A stretch of DNA of 64,000 nt from Anthoceros angustus (Eukaryota > Plantae > Anthocerotophyta): contig VJWM01000117.1 of NCBI GenBank assembly GCA_010909165.1, positions 806,001 to 870,000 on the forward strand, in the 5' to 3' direction. A program made the position numbers and the translations under genes. Positions 38,853-51,809 of the stretch are shown here, in pieces. The stretch's first letter is position 1, and each line of letters begins with the position of its first letter. The notes beneath the pieces were generated by a model. That model had not been told where the DNA came from. It worked only from the letters and a program-made list of their open reading frames with translations, and did no database searches.

Positions 38853-40095
38853 TGTGGCGGACTTTTCTTGATGGCGGTAGGCGCACAATCCGTGTCGTTG
38901 TAGGAAGAAGTCCGTTCCCAAAGGGAATGATAGGCCCGTTCTGCGTTTGGTGATTCTACCGTCCAGCGCTCGTTCGGTCTCAACACACACACACATACTC
39001 CTAACTACTCTGGCGTTCACTACAGGCCGGTATGGCCAAGCGTTTAAGACCCGTTCGCGTCCGTATCGTTCATCATCCTCACGCATCGTCCTTTCCTCTC
39101 TCCCTCACGCTACACTCTTGATCTTAGAAAAGGCCGAGTTCTGATCCGGACCTCCTCGTCGTTCGCGGGCCTCTCGTCCGGGCTCTACACGCCCTCGGAG
39201 TTCCTCCGGCTCACACGTTCGATCCGTTCGGTCGGACGCGGCTCGGACGAGCACGGTCACCACCTTCCCCGCACACACCACAGCGTTAAGTCCGTCACGG
39301 GACCTTGATCAATCTCCCGGGGTGCATGCGCTCGGTGACTCGGGACTCACGTTAGCAAGAAGACTCACAAAGTGCGCAGCAGCGGCATCAACACCAAGAA
39401 AGATGCTTTACTAGGCTCGGCCCCTCTTATCTGCGCCCAAGGCGGCGTCTTTATTACACCCCTATTACGGTGATAGCCATTTCGGTATACCCTAATCGAC
39501 CACCTACCATCCTATTTCCTCCCCTATCTCCTTCCTTGTAGTGGGAAGGTCACAGGCCCGCCTCGGGATGGGTGGTCAATCCCGTCAGCGGTTGTGGCGC
39601 GCACCCAATCGGATGATCCGTGGCGGGGCCCCTCCTCTCCGGAATCACATCGGGTTGGGCTGGCGGCGATCGACAGCCGTTACCACGTCATCCTCCCAGC
39701 CTCCCCACAGGTCCTTGGCCGGTGGGGCCACCTATCTGCTCCCCTAAGCGTAAGTCGAAGGGGCTCCTCCCTTGCCTTGATCCAGGTCCTCGAGTCTGTC
39801 TCGACTCACGAACTTGAGTCGGCTTATTCCCGAGTCCGTGGCTGGTCCGACCTTGTCTGGGGTGGGACCTCGGGGTCGGACTTATTGGGGTCGGACTTGA
39901 GTTCGGACTTATCCCGTGGTCCGGGCTTGCCATAGTGGTGGGGTCCGTTGTTCACTCGGTCCGGAGTATACTCGAGCCTCGTCCGAAGCGCTACCCCAAT
40001 TTATTCCTCCTTTTCCGCCTTATTTATCCTTCAATCCTAAAAAAAACAGAAACCCTACTTATTTCTTAACTCCCCAGGGAAGTGCATAGCCCACA
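38853..40095 (-). repeat. 5' LTR (TG...CA)
   Basis: TGTGGCGGACTTTTC ... GTGCATAGCCCACA; adjacent to the PBS. Confidence 0.85.
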
Positions 40096-40814
40096 AGTAC
40101 CCAATGGTGCGAGTGACACAGGAAAGACACCTCTTGAGTATGAGAAGTTGCGTGTTCCTAAGGGAGCAGCGAATCCACCTTCCGGAGGGTTGGAGGAGTG
40201 TGATGAGGCGCACATTGTGGCCAAGGTGCACGACTGTAAGAAGGGAAAGGAGATTGAAGCACAACCACATGAGGATATTGTAAGTTGTGAGGATACATCT
40301 ACCTCCTGTGAAGAATGTGAGTGAGCAAGAAAGGTGCGGATGCCCTTTGCATCTATAGTGGCAACTAAGCCGGCCCAAGCACATGGGAGTTCCTAAAATG
40401 ATTCTGAGATGAGGAAAAGGGTTGTGCCACCATATTTAAGCGTTCAAGTTGGGAGAGAAAAATTCTGCGTTCCATATCAAAGGAAACAAATTGGCTCGAG
40501 GTGGTGGATCAAGCTAGGCTTGAAAAAGTATAACACAGGTGCATTTGGGACAGAGTGTAGAAGCCAAGGATGAGAAATGAGGCCAAGACCTAGACTCTCT
40601 GGTCTTGACATTAGAATAAGCTAGGATAGGATTATCTGAGTTTTGATTAGATGAAAGTCATCATGATGGCACAAATTTTATTTTTTATTTTATATATTAT
40701 TATATTTTTAAATTATAATAATATACAATTATACATAAATTCGACAGCGCTGCATGATAGACTAGTTCAGAAATATGGGTCATTCAATCTTTCTAGTTAT
40801 GATATTTTAGGTCC

Positions 40815-41545
40815 GTAGACCACGGCGGAAGAAGGAGGACACCACGGTGGTCCGTCGGCCCACCGTGGTCCCCGACCCCGGGTCCCCGACGGACCCCGGG
40901 TCCCCGACGGACCCCGGGTGCGGTCCGGCGGTCCGTCGGGTTCCCGGCGGACCAGCGGGTCCCAGCGGACCACCGGGCGGACCAGCGGGTCCCCGGCGGA
41001 CCACCGGGCGGACCAGCGGGTCCCCGGCGGACCACCGGGCGGACCAGCGGGTCCCCGGCGGACCACCGGGCGGACCGGGTCCCCGGCGGACCACCGGGCG
41101 GACCACCGGGTCCCCGACGGACCCCGGGTCCGGCGGACCACCGGGTACCGACGGACCCCGGGTACGCGGTCCGGCGGTACCGGGGGGTCGACCGCTGGTC
41201 CGCCCGGTGGTCCGCCGGGGACCCGCTGGTCCGTTCAGGCGGGTACCCGCCGGACCCCAGGTCCCCGGTGGTCCGCCGGACCGTGGCCGCCGATGGTCGA
41301 CCACCTTTCTCCTTCCGCCGGGCGGCCACGGTGGGCCCCACCTCCTTCCGCCCGCCGGCCACGGTGGTCCTTTCTTCCTCCGCCTGGCGGTCCGTCCGCT
41401 GTCCGATGGTCCGGCCGAGCTCCATCCACTTGTCCGACGGTCCGACGGAGCTCCGTCCAGTTGTCCGACGGTCCGGCGGAGCTCCGTCCAGTTGTCCGAC
41501 GATCCGGCGGAGCTCCGTCCGACTATCCGACGGAGGGCCGTCTGC
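40815..41545. repeat. GC-rich minisatellite with two different 31-bp units and an internal inversion
   Basis: GGACCACCGGGCGGACCAGCGGGTCCCCGGC tandem at ~40950-41110 with its reverse complement at ~41193-41233; TTGTCCGACGGTCCGGCGGAGCTCCGTCCAG x3 at 41430-41522. Confidence 0.9.
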
Positions 41546-42555
41546 TGTGTCCGCGGTGGGGTAGCTTCTTTGTTTTCACGCTTGGGAGATTCACGGTTAG
41601 AAGGAGATAGCTGGTCATGGATTGTGGAAGTTACTGAATGTTTCCTGGGCCTATGTCTGCTTCACGTGGTTGCTCAAGTGTGACGTGCTTTGCATTTTAC
41701 AGTGGCGTGTGCCTGATAGATACTCCTAGGTCTGTTTGTTGTTGTGCTGCTAAACAGATTCATTGCAGCCCGCAGCGGAAGAACCATCTGCTGTTGTCAC
41801 TGCTTCTCCGATTGACTTGCCTTTTTTTGCATGTCCTCTTCATGGTTGTGGTGGAGTGAAGCTAGATGTGGCAGGTTCCATGTAGTAGCAACGGCTTCAC
41901 GGCAGTATCTGCCTCGTCCTGACAACATGCCGGTAGGTCAAGCACAAGGTGTCAATGCTAACTGCCCTGGCCATTCCAAGTTATTTCTGCTTTGACCTGT
42001 GAAACGCTTGACAAGCAACCTCACTTCAGGTGTGTAAAGATGATTAGCACACCCCCTCCCGGTGCACCGGTCTTGAACCAGATTGTGTGCTGTGTGCATT
42101 CGATGGGAGTGGATGACTTATTTTTTGTCACCAGAGCGGGAGGCTCTGATAAGTGTGCGAGGGTGAGTTAGTACATCACAGCTTCGCATTTCCACTCTTC
42201 TGGTTTGGGTGGTGTTTCTAGTGCTGTGGCGTATTAGGCTTGGGTGGAGACTGATATCCTGGCCCAGAAGGGACTATGCAGGTATGGAAGGCATCCACAG
42301 ACGGCAACTCATTCCATGAGCTGGGCAGGCTTGACGGTCAACTCAGCAGAGTCAATTCCAAGCTCAGAAAACATTGCAAATGAGTCACGTAGTTATAGTG
42401 CATCAATAATGCAAGGTTTTCTGAGCTTTGATTGACTCTGCTTAGTTGTTGCAATCATGGAGTACTACTGGGTTTGCTGTGTGTTGTTGGACAGAATACT
42501 CCACGATGCTTCATTTTTGGCTGCAGTTCTGAGGGATGATTTTGTCCTGGGATGT

Positions 42556-43615
42556 CAGGATTCTGAAAGGTGGCCCGCTTTCCCATCCGCTTTCTGCATG
42601 TGGTGCTGATGATGAAGGTGTCTGGCAGCATGGCGTATGAGGTTTCCTTTCTTTGCTTTTGATGACCATGGCCTCAAATCTTGCAGGGTGGCTTGTTGTG
42701 AGGCTCCTCTAGAGCTCGGAAGCTGGACCAAGCTCTGTGAGCAGGGGGCATGAGGGAGGCAGTTGATGCATTGGACCTGCTGGTGCAACGGGTTTTGTTT
42801 GTTCCACCATGTCTCTTCTACAATGTGCTTAACAGGTGCACCGCAAGGAAGGATTTGGTGCTCGGCAGGCACGTCCATGCACTGTTTCCTAAATGTGGAC
42901 ATGAGTCCAACACATTTCTGGCCAACCACTTCATTCCTCTCATGGGAGGTTGCAGGAGGCGATGCAGGTGTTTCACAAGCTGGCATGTGGAAGCCGAATG
43001 TGTTGGTCTCCAACTGTCTGGTAGGTGTGTATTCAAAATGTGGAAGCCTATTTGATGCTCGCCGCGAGTTTGAAAGCTTGCCCACGAGAGATGTGGTGAT
43101 ATGGAATGCAATGATCTCTGGGTACACCCAACATCGGCTTGGTTAGGAAGCTCTTGTTCTTTATGCCAGCATGCAAGACGCCACTGCCGCCACAAATTTC
43201 ACTTACTCGTGCCTCCTGAAAGCGTGTGCGAGCGTTGGTGAATGCAGCAGGAAAGCAACTTCACTTCCGAATCCAGGAAGCAGCCTGAAAGGTGATTTGG
43301 TCTCCGGGACTGAAGAGTGCAAATTTGCAGTTCCAAAAGGACGGAGGCCATGGTCCCACATACAGACCTTGAAAAACTTGCTTTGCCATTTGGGCCACCA
43401 GACACTGCAGATAGCACACCTTGGCTCGTCACTGAACGAATCTTCGAATGTGTGATGGAACCACGATGTCTCGGGTTGAGAAACGTGAGATGATAGTGCG
43501 AGATGCACACCATGCTTATGAGCATGTTTATCGCTTTGTCGTGAATTCACGACCTGGGACCACCACCCTCAATCGGACAATCGTGGAAGGATGCTGCTCT
43601 TGTGGCGATGGCCAC
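42556..43615 (+). pseudogene. Deleted DYW:KP PPR paralogue (copy C); additional 3'-end echoes to ~44055
   Basis: Colinear with 19312-21300 including the putative intron; LREAVDALDLLVQRV, LPTRDVVIWNAMISGY, KREMIVRDAH..GCCSCGDGH; many deletions and stops. Confidence 0.88.
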
Positions 43616-45299
43616 GAGGCTTGTCTTGCTCCGTTGAACGAGCTGAAGTGTCTTCTTGTCTTTTCGGGCCCTCCCCCCCCCTCAAATCTATGCTTCGCGC
43701 TTCCGGGGGGGCTGAATTCAAAGAAAGGAAGAAAAACGGAATTATGCTAATTGGAACTATTCGACGAGTCGTGTGTCAGCTGGACACGAGACCGTCGCGT
43801 CGGTTGTCTCCTTCCCTTTGTGGCAGACAGCGCCACAATGGCCGCAGGAACAATGTGAGCACGGAAGCCCGCGGCTCGATTGTGACGAGCGCTGGCCACT
43901 CTTCACCTACGCGGCTCTGGCCTGCCACTGCTGGAACGCGCAAGCAGCTCTATCGTGTTATGTGATTGTTCCTTGCTTTTCCGACAGAGGAGGGAGCGTG
44001 TAGCTCACGATTCTCAGCTGTTGCTGCTGCAAGCATCTTGGACAAGCTCAGGAGTTGTCGGAAGCGCAGGAAATTGGATGTGGCCTGCTCTGCCGGCCTG
44101 CTTTTGCCAAGAACTTGGTTACGGACAGTTACGGTTGCAGGAGCGGTGTGGTGGAATGCTCGGATAGACATTACGCTTCCGGGCTAGGTTTTGGTTTCCA
44201 TGTGTTCTCAGTCTTTGAATGTCTGTGCTCCACCCTGTGGCTTCCGCTCTGATGCCGCATCCGCACCTCACAAGTCATTCGGGAGTTAAACGAGTGCAGT
44301 TCTGATTGTCTTTGTGGCCTGTCTGTTCCAAGTGATTCCTCAGGATCTTTGTGGTGAGAGTTGCGGGGTGTAGCTCAGGGACTGTGGTGTACTGATGGTC
44401 GAGTGGTCGCGAGCGATTCCGGTGTAGACACTGGTTCTTGTTCTGATTCGGTCAGAGAGGGATTTGTCGTGCGTGCATGTCTAAAATTATGTTTCCTTCG
44501 CACCTGGTGAGGTAGGTAGGCCTTGGCTTGGCATTTGGATCGGTTTTTTCGGTGGCTGGCTCTTTCGTCCCTAGCAATGGAGCTGAGCGGAATTTCTCGG
44601 GCTCAGCTCCCTCGGTGCAGGACTTATGTTATTCCAGCTGGCACTGAAGTAGGGGTACCTTTTGTGGCAAAGCATACAGGAAACATATGCAAAGTCGGCC
44701 CTCATAGAAACTCATTTGAAAAACATATATGAGGACCACCAGCACGCGCGAGACGACAAGGCTCCTCCCGCTTTGTACGTATTCTTCTGCCTTCAAATGT
44801 TCAAGGATTCAGAGTTACGCTTCTATAATGTCCGAGTCCTTGTCACTTATTTGTGGTCACAACGATAGTATTTGGGTTATAGATCCATCGTCGAGCTGAT
44901 TATGAAGTTCTGGGAGCATATTGAAGTTGTTTGCTCACGCTGACTCCATCTTTATTCAGAAAACTTACAACAGAACCGGGTTCAGACCCATGAGCCTTGA
45001 TCAAGAATGACAGATGGGACAGAAGGAGCTCTCGAGCACTCTGAGGTGGTTCTGCAAAAGCACAGGGCTTAGCCGCTGACTGATGTCCGTTGCACACATT
45101 ACTTCATGCTAGGAATCTGAATCACGTGTCGACTCACTGGTCCATCTAACCTAAGCATGTTAATTTTACCCACATTTGCTCTTCACATCTGTCTACTGAA
45201 TTTGAAGAGTCATGTTCACCATGGAGTAGTAGGAGGTGAGTCGTTTCGATACTTGATCCCATCTTCTAACACAGTGTGTTGATAACACAGGTCTGTGAA

Positions 45300-46664
45300 G
45301 CCATTCCAGTGCAAAAGCGCCCAAGGCAGTAACGGTAACTTTTCCTTTGGAGGCTGTGCCAACAATTTCAGGTTACCTTCCTGTTAGCGACTCCAGCAGG
45401 TCCCAACTTTTCTACGTTTTCTATGAAGCAACAGATCCTCGGACCTCTCTTGTGGATGCCCCTCTCTTGCTCTGGCTTAATGGAGGCCCTGGGTGTTCAA
45501 GCCTTATTGGTTGCTTCTATGAACTTGGGCCATGGCGGTTTAGTAGAACCGGAAGTTTGCACCACAATGAATGGGCCTGGAATAACAGGTGTGTCTGGCT
45601 GTCAAGACCGTTTTTTCGTTGTCGCCTGCTCGTTCTTCTATAACTTCATGGCTGATATGCTGGTCAAGTGGTTCCTTACTGACTGCTCCATCACATTTGC
45701 AAGCGTTGCAGGTATGGAGTGCTATTTGTCGACAGTCCTGTTGGGACAGGTTTCAGCATTGCATCTTCTGATGATGATGTCCCAAAGGATCAGCATACTG
45801 TAGCAGCCCATCTCCACCATGCGCTGTCTTCCTTTATCGCTGAAAATCCTTCATTTGAGCTGAGACCCCTTTTTTGGCCGGAGAAAGCTATGCCGGGAAG
45901 TATGTCCCGTCTCTTGCTCATTATCTGATAAACCATCCACAGCCTAAGAATCGGCACAATGTTGGCGCCCAACTTATGGGAATAGTTGTTGGAAATGGGT
46001 TGACGCATCCACGGAGTCAGGTGATTTTGATGTCCTCTCTTCTTCTATTAAGTAGCCCTCTGAATGGCCGTCTTCACTTCTCTGTCACCCTAGTGGCAGT
46101 GTTCACGTCTATGATTCGGATTGCAGGTACAATCCCATTCAGATGTTGCTTACTGTTTCGGTCTACTTGATCAGCCACAAAAGCACAGTGCCAAAGTATG
46201 GCTGAAGAGGTTGTAGCCCTAATTGACAGGTAGATAAATCTTTCCATGGCTCTTCACGTCAAGCTCTGCGTGAATGTTGGGAACCCGCACATAAACTCCT
46301 GTTGAGCACGTGCCTGTTTCACCTTTTCCAGGGAGAGTGGCTGAAAGCCCATGAAGCCCGAACTGCACTCGTTCAGTGGATAGAGGAAACAAGTGGGATA
46401 GCAACACTACTGGATGTCCGTCGGCTAACAAAATACCATCATTTGGAGGTAAGTTTGATATCCAGCAATATGCTGTTCTACCCAGTTGTCATAGCAGGTG
46501 AAGTTTTGTTGAATATTGTTTACTGTTTTGGCCCTTATCACAGGATGGCAGCGAGTACTTGGCGAAGTTTCTTAATGAAGCCAACGTGAAGACCCCTTTT
46601 GAAAGCTGATCCTGCAGTAACGTGGGTCAGCTGTAAACAATCCATTCGTAGCTTGATGGCTGAG
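45300..46664 (+). pseudogene. Serine carboxypeptidase-like (S10) gene, 3'-truncated and frameshifted
   Basis: SGYLPV..LFYVFYEA..WLNGGPGCSS..FYELGPW, LFVDSPVGTGFS, catalytic AGESYAGKY (1-nt shift just before it), GNGLTHP; GT-AG introns; cut off by Roco sequence after the donor at ~46665, so the catalytic Asp/His exons are absent. Confidence 0.85.
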
Positions 46665-46726
46665 GTTAGTCTTCCTGTCATGCGATCTGTCTGGGCTGTG
46701 CATTTTGGATGGGTGTGTACTCACAT

Positions 46727-46809
46727 CACGCCCGAATCATGGTGGTGCGGAGAGTGGTCCTCCCTTTGGCAGGGAAGACCACTCTCCGCACCACCATGAT
46801 TCGGGCGTG
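46727..46809. repeat. Perfect 33-bp inverted repeat (fold-back of the Roco P-loop coding sequence)
   Basis: CACGCCCGAATCATGGTGGTGCGGAGAGTGGTC (46727-46759) and its exact reverse complement (46777-46809); a further 5 bp stem and 5-nt loop lie inside. Confidence 0.95.
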
Positions 46810-48668
46810 GAAACGACAGATAGCCGCATCAAAGTTCCAGCTCGGCCAAGTTCGACTGAAGGGAAAAATGTGTCATGCTCGGAGATGGATGTCTTCCGGC
46901 ACCGGTACCGGTACCGGTACCAGAACGGAAGGCATAGAAATCGAGGTGTTGCGCAACGACCGTGATATGCAAGTTACCATCTGGGATCTGGCTGGACAGG
47001 CTCAGTACCGAGCTCTGCAAGACTACCTCTTTCGGGGTACCCGAGGTATGCAACCGATTGAGTGCTGTTTTGACTGCCTGCGTAGCCCAACATCCAGCTC
47101 AACCGATTGTGAGGAAACAAACAGAAACTTCAAACTCTGTTCCAAAAGGAGCTGCCGAGTTTCCAGAAACTTGGTGGGGTTCAAGATAGGGGGGAATGAT
47201 TGGAAGCCATTCTTGCGTATTTGCGTGATGTGGGTAGTATCATCTGTTTCCAAGATATAGATGTTGTGGTGATAAATCCACACTGTATCAGTCACAATTT
47301 TTTAGGGCGACTCATTCAGCTTCTAACCAGAGCATGTCTCCCGTCTACTAGTAGTTTGTCGCATTCCTCAGATGGATTTGTTGCAAGGATGGATTTCTCA
47401 AAGGCACGCAAGCGGAGGGGATTGAAAGGCAACATCTGGTATCATTGATGACCACTCTCAAGTTATGCTACGAAGAGGATCGGACTCGACGTGTCGGATT
47501 CTTTGTTCTCCTCACCTTGGACGACGGTAATGGTAACGCTCTTCATGGGAGACGACAGTTGACCCGGAGAACTGATGATACAGCAAGCAATTACAACTAC
47601 CTCGGAAGGAGGTTACAGTGCCTTGACAAGACGAAGACGTTCCTTGGTCCAGGCTTTTTTCCTAGATTCCGAGTACGATAACTACCAACATGTCTTTGTT
47701 TTAATGGTATGTGTGTCTTCAACCTGTTTATTGACACTCTGGAGGTTTGCATATTGCAGGTCTGCCTCCGAAAGGACTTGTTTACTGGACGCCATGGCAT
47801 GCAACCTCATCAGTATTGTATCGAACGCAACCTCATCAACTTCTTGTGTGATGGTGTGGTTGTGTTTTTGGAAAGCAGTGGGGATATCGGAGAGGAAACC
47901 GGAGACATCGGTGACCATATTGATATTCTGGTGAGGTCATCCAAGAGCAGAGATGAAACTATCCAGTTTCTCAAGGAACATGTGGTTGCAAAGCTGAAAT
48001 CTTTTTGTGCTTCCCCTGAAGGCAGCCCGGGAATCGAGCTTGTGGAAGGAATTATCAGGACCGAGTGTGTCGAAAACCTCACACTCTGTATCTACCGGCA
48101 TAACCAGTCAGTGCTAATGCAGGATTTGCTCAGGCGTGGTTTTGCATACCAACAAGACTGTACAGGGGAGATTTTCTCCTCATTGGATGTGGCCGACTTC
48201 AGATGGTCGTGAACAGAATGTCCTGAAGCCTTTTTGGAGAATGCCTTTGAGGGAGTAAAGAGCTCTTAAGTGCTGGTGAAGTCTTGGATGTCTTGCAAAA
48301 GCGACGAATAGATCTCCTTCAAACCAATCTCCAACATAGATGCAGCTGCAGAGCAAGTGCTGCCTACAGAGAAAGTGGTGCGCGCACAACAAGACATTCC
48401 AGTTCAAAGGTCTTGGTTTGCCTACCTACGACGTACTATATCCCTCCCTGGAACTACTCACTCGGAGATGGCGGATCAACTGTTGGAAACCATCAACCAA
48501 GGGATAAGACGGTTGAAGCATAACGTGAAAATATGGTGGAGACAGAGGTGAAAGCAGTGGGAGTCAAAGTGGATAGAATTGGCGAGACTTTGCAACGTAT
48601 CCAACGTGAGATCAGCGATATGAAGACCTGGCAAGAAGATACTCTACAATTCTTGCTTTCTAAGATGC
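46760..48668 (+). pseudogene. TORNADO1-like Roco (Roc-COR) paralogue, 5'- and 3'-truncated with internal deletions
   Basis: PLAGKTTLRTTM, TEGIEIE, WDLAGQ, YLRDVGSIICFQD..INPH, YLGRRLQC, EGIIRTECVENL; colinear with 58380-60690. Confidence 0.85.
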
Positions 48669-50529
48669 ACTTTACTACCTTCATTGACAAGTTCTCCAAC
48701 TCACTTCCTCGGCTGTAACGAAAATTCATGAACCGACAAGAAATATTTAGGCTACACAATTGATGGCAGTTGTCCATGTGGGGATCAGCTTTGGGAGCTT
48801 GTGGACAAGGGGTCGGGCTTCCTTGATCCGGAGGCAGTGGGAACTGGCACGCTTCAGCCTATGTCTGGGGTCGAATGGGAACCGTGCTCTCTGTACGGAT
48901 GCTCTTCGTCTTCGCATGGCATAGGAATCTATCTAAACTGACATCAGTCGTGGTGGTGAGGAAATGTGTACGGAATTCAGGCAACATGTAGCCCGAATTC
49001 GACCTTTCCTGGAAGGCTCACTTGCTTCACCCACACGAATAGACTGCTTCTACCCTTTCTTCACCCATACGATTAGACTGCTTCAACCCTTCCTTCACCC
49101 ATGCACGATTCTGCAGGCATCGGTGAACTGCCTGGAGAAAGACAGTTGGAATGACAAGGCCAAACTCTATATATGGAGGATGCGAAGTGGAGGTGGATCA
49201 GGCCCTTAGCAATCAATGGAGCAAAGCTATTGCTCTTCCTGGCCAAGACTGGACTACATGCGACTGCCCTCCTCGGCACCCACCAAATACACAGGCACGC
49301 CTTCCAGCTGCCACAGACATTCGTAAGGCCCAATTAGGTCCAGAGCAGTGAAGCCCTGGAACACAGGGATGCCGATGCTTGCCACCTTCACACTGTCGCC
49401 CATCGCATTGCTCTTGGAACAGCTGCAGCCTGGATGGAAGTTGGGAAGAACTGAAATGGGATTTGAAAGGCGTGGAATGGAGTGGAATGGATAGCCCTGG
49501 TAGCCAGGCTATATGGCCACACGCCTGCCTGGGGGATGGATACTATAGCCTTATGCTTTGATGGAGTCACATCCTGACGAAGTCATATCCTTGCGAAGTC
49601 CCATCCCGAAGAAGCATCCCTGATTGACGTGTTCCAGAGAAGGACACAGGCAGGTGGCCCAGCCTTGCATTATTGCTGGACATTGACGAGTTCAGTCATC
49701 ACTGCGTACATCACAGCCCGCCAGTTCGCACTCTCTCGTTCCTTGCAAGTACTTGTCAGGCCAGTGCCAGCTTGCTTTCAAGCTCACCTGTTGTGGACGG
49801 CATCTCCGTCATGGGCGCAAGTCTGTGAATACCGAATTTTAAACTATGTTTTAGAAACGTGATGCTTTCTCCAGGGCACGCAAGAAAACGTGCATGATAT
49901 CGTCAACATGTGCCGGGCAATGACTCTTGATGCCTACCCAACCTTGACAAAGCTGTCATTCCTATGGCCCCTTGACAGTTTCTTATCACCTGTTCAAATC
50001 TTGCCCAGGTAGAGAAGACTTCAAACCACCTCAGCCTCCCACGTGAATGGAGCTTCCTTAGTGTCTTCCAGTGCCATCCCCGTACTGCCCGGTATGCTGC
50101 AGGTTAGTTATCATTAAGGAAGTAGACCTAATTGTTGGAAGCATTTTTGAACATTGACGTTAGGTTAGCTGAATGTTTGAAGACATGAGATTGGCAGTTC
50201 ATAAACGACGAGGGTAGAGGCATAGGGAGGTGTGTAGGATACTCTCTGCCCACATACACGATGACAACGACTAATTTCAAGCCGTATTACATCTTGAAAA
50301 GTAGAATGGTAATGGAAAATACCTTAGTTTTGTTTGATAATAATTTGGTAATAGGCTTGGTAATAGTTCGCATGGGCGATTTGTTAAGACATTGGATAGG
50401 GATAGATCCACAACAGGCAAGCCTAGATGAAAGGCTGTGTCAAGTGTTTTCCAAAACGAGCCACCGAGCAAGTAGAACCTAGAGACTAGGTGCTGGGAAG
50501 TGGAGGACTAGGTGCTGGGAGGAGAAGCA

Positions 50530-50715
50530 GAAGGAATTCCTCCTACCGTGTCCGGCAAGAAATCCTGATCGAGTCTTTGCAGACTTTTCAAACGAGCTCA
50601 ATGTGCGAAATGAAGCCCTGAGCAGGATCTCCTCCAGATGGGGCTTTCCCAGAGCAGGATCCCCTCCCCCTGTCACAAGTTTAGGGTTTATAATATACCA
50701 CAGTTGGACGACCCG
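50530..50715. repeat. Dispersed repeat, second copy at ~53570-53740
   Basis: Shared GGAATTCCT..CCTACCGTGTCC, AGAGCAGGA, GTCACAA.TTTAGGGTTTAT..TACCACA.GTTGGACGACC. Confidence 0.6.
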
Positions 50716-50789
50716 AAGGCTTTCCCCCCTTTGTTGGCGCTGGCATCCTGGAGGAGTTTCTCAAGGAACATGTGATTGTAAAGTTGAAA

Positions 50790-51808
50790 TCTTTTTGTGC
50801 TTCCCCTGACGGCAGTCGCACCACCGTCAGGAGAAGCACAAAACGCTCTCAGTTCTGCAACGCTCTCAGGAGAAAATCGATTGTTTGGTCTTACTCGATT
50901 ACCCATACCAGACCTCATCAAAATATCAACACGATCATCGACGTCCCCTGTGTCCTCTCCAAATCCTGCAAATGCCGAAGTTAGGCTGCAACACACGACG
51001 TTTTAGTTGCTCCCGTCAGAAATTGCACCTTATGCAGTTGGAATCTGTCGGCCATTTGATCCCTTAGCAACGGCTGCAAAAGATTCTTCAGAGCAATCCA
51101 TGCCTCTTGCACGGGAGTGTTCTGGCTCGCAGCTGGTCAAAGGCCGCAGCGAGAGAAACCGGTCCATCCAAGCTGGTGGAAGGGTCGGGAACCGCATTCC
51201 CAATGCCGGCAGCCACATGTAGGCCAGCTTTCACTAGGAAAACCAAAACCTTGATACCTATGATTGCTATGGGCCTGATCCACTTCCACTTCGCATCCTC
51301 CAATGTCAAGTCGAATCCAGTTTGGCCCTGCACGATGGGATTCCCAAAGATGTTTTCGCACATGAAATGGAGCTTAGCCGCTTTGCCCACACGCACCCCT
51401 GCAATCAACCTCTGTGCTAGATCCACGTCTGCAGTGGTGATGTAGGGACGTCTGGGTATCTGACTGCTTTCTAATTCTGCAGAGAAATTCATAATCTCAT
51501 CCATCTTAGAAAGCAAGAATTGTTGAGTAGCTTCCTGCCCAGCCTTGATAGCGCTAATCTCATGTTGGATAAGTTGCAAAGTCTCGCCAATTCTATCCAC
51601 TTTGACTCCCACTGCTTTCACCTCTGTCTCCACCATTTTCACGTTCTGCTTCAAATCTCTTATCCCTTGATTGATGGTTTGCAACAGTTGCTCCCCCATC
51701 TCCGAGTGAGTTGTTCCAGGGAGGGATATAGTACCCACGCTGACAAACCGAGACGTTTGAACTGGTGCGTCTTGTTGTGCGAGCACCCTTTTCTCTGTAG
51801 GCAGGACT
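50790..51808 (-). pseudogene. Inverted Roco C-terminal fragments (coiled coil + TRN1-like tail)
   Basis: ORF 51088-51786 nearly identical to 60490-61130 (LLQTINQGIRDLK..IPRRPYITTADV..KLHFMCENIFGN); 50790-50985 carries DDRVDILMRS..LRAFCASPDG. Confidence 0.85.
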
Positions 51809-51809
51809 T

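Larger units (their letters stand above)
29343..40095 (-). mobile_element. Ty3/gypsy LTR retrotransposon, full length but frameshifted, with internal tandem duplications
   Basis: Two ~1.2-kb LTRs; minus-strand order gag (~38800-37000), protease (VLLDTG), RT (EWVAPIVVVPKK, SFLDGY, FMEIFLDD-like), RNase H (FHVYVDVSAFAIG), integrase (KWGIDFVGPI); PBS-like TTGGCGCTGCCGGGAA at 38850-38835 (similar to tRNA-Asp PBS); PPT GAGAAGGGAGTA next to 30561. Confidence 0.9.

Noticed and set aside
40793-41683. Collagen-like Gly-Pro ORFs
   Set aside because: Open in nearly all frames because of a stop-free GC minisatellite; no gene structure.
49530-49790. Possible RRM fragment (DGTSQGYDFV, minus strand)
   Set aside because: Single weak motif among stops; insufficient support.
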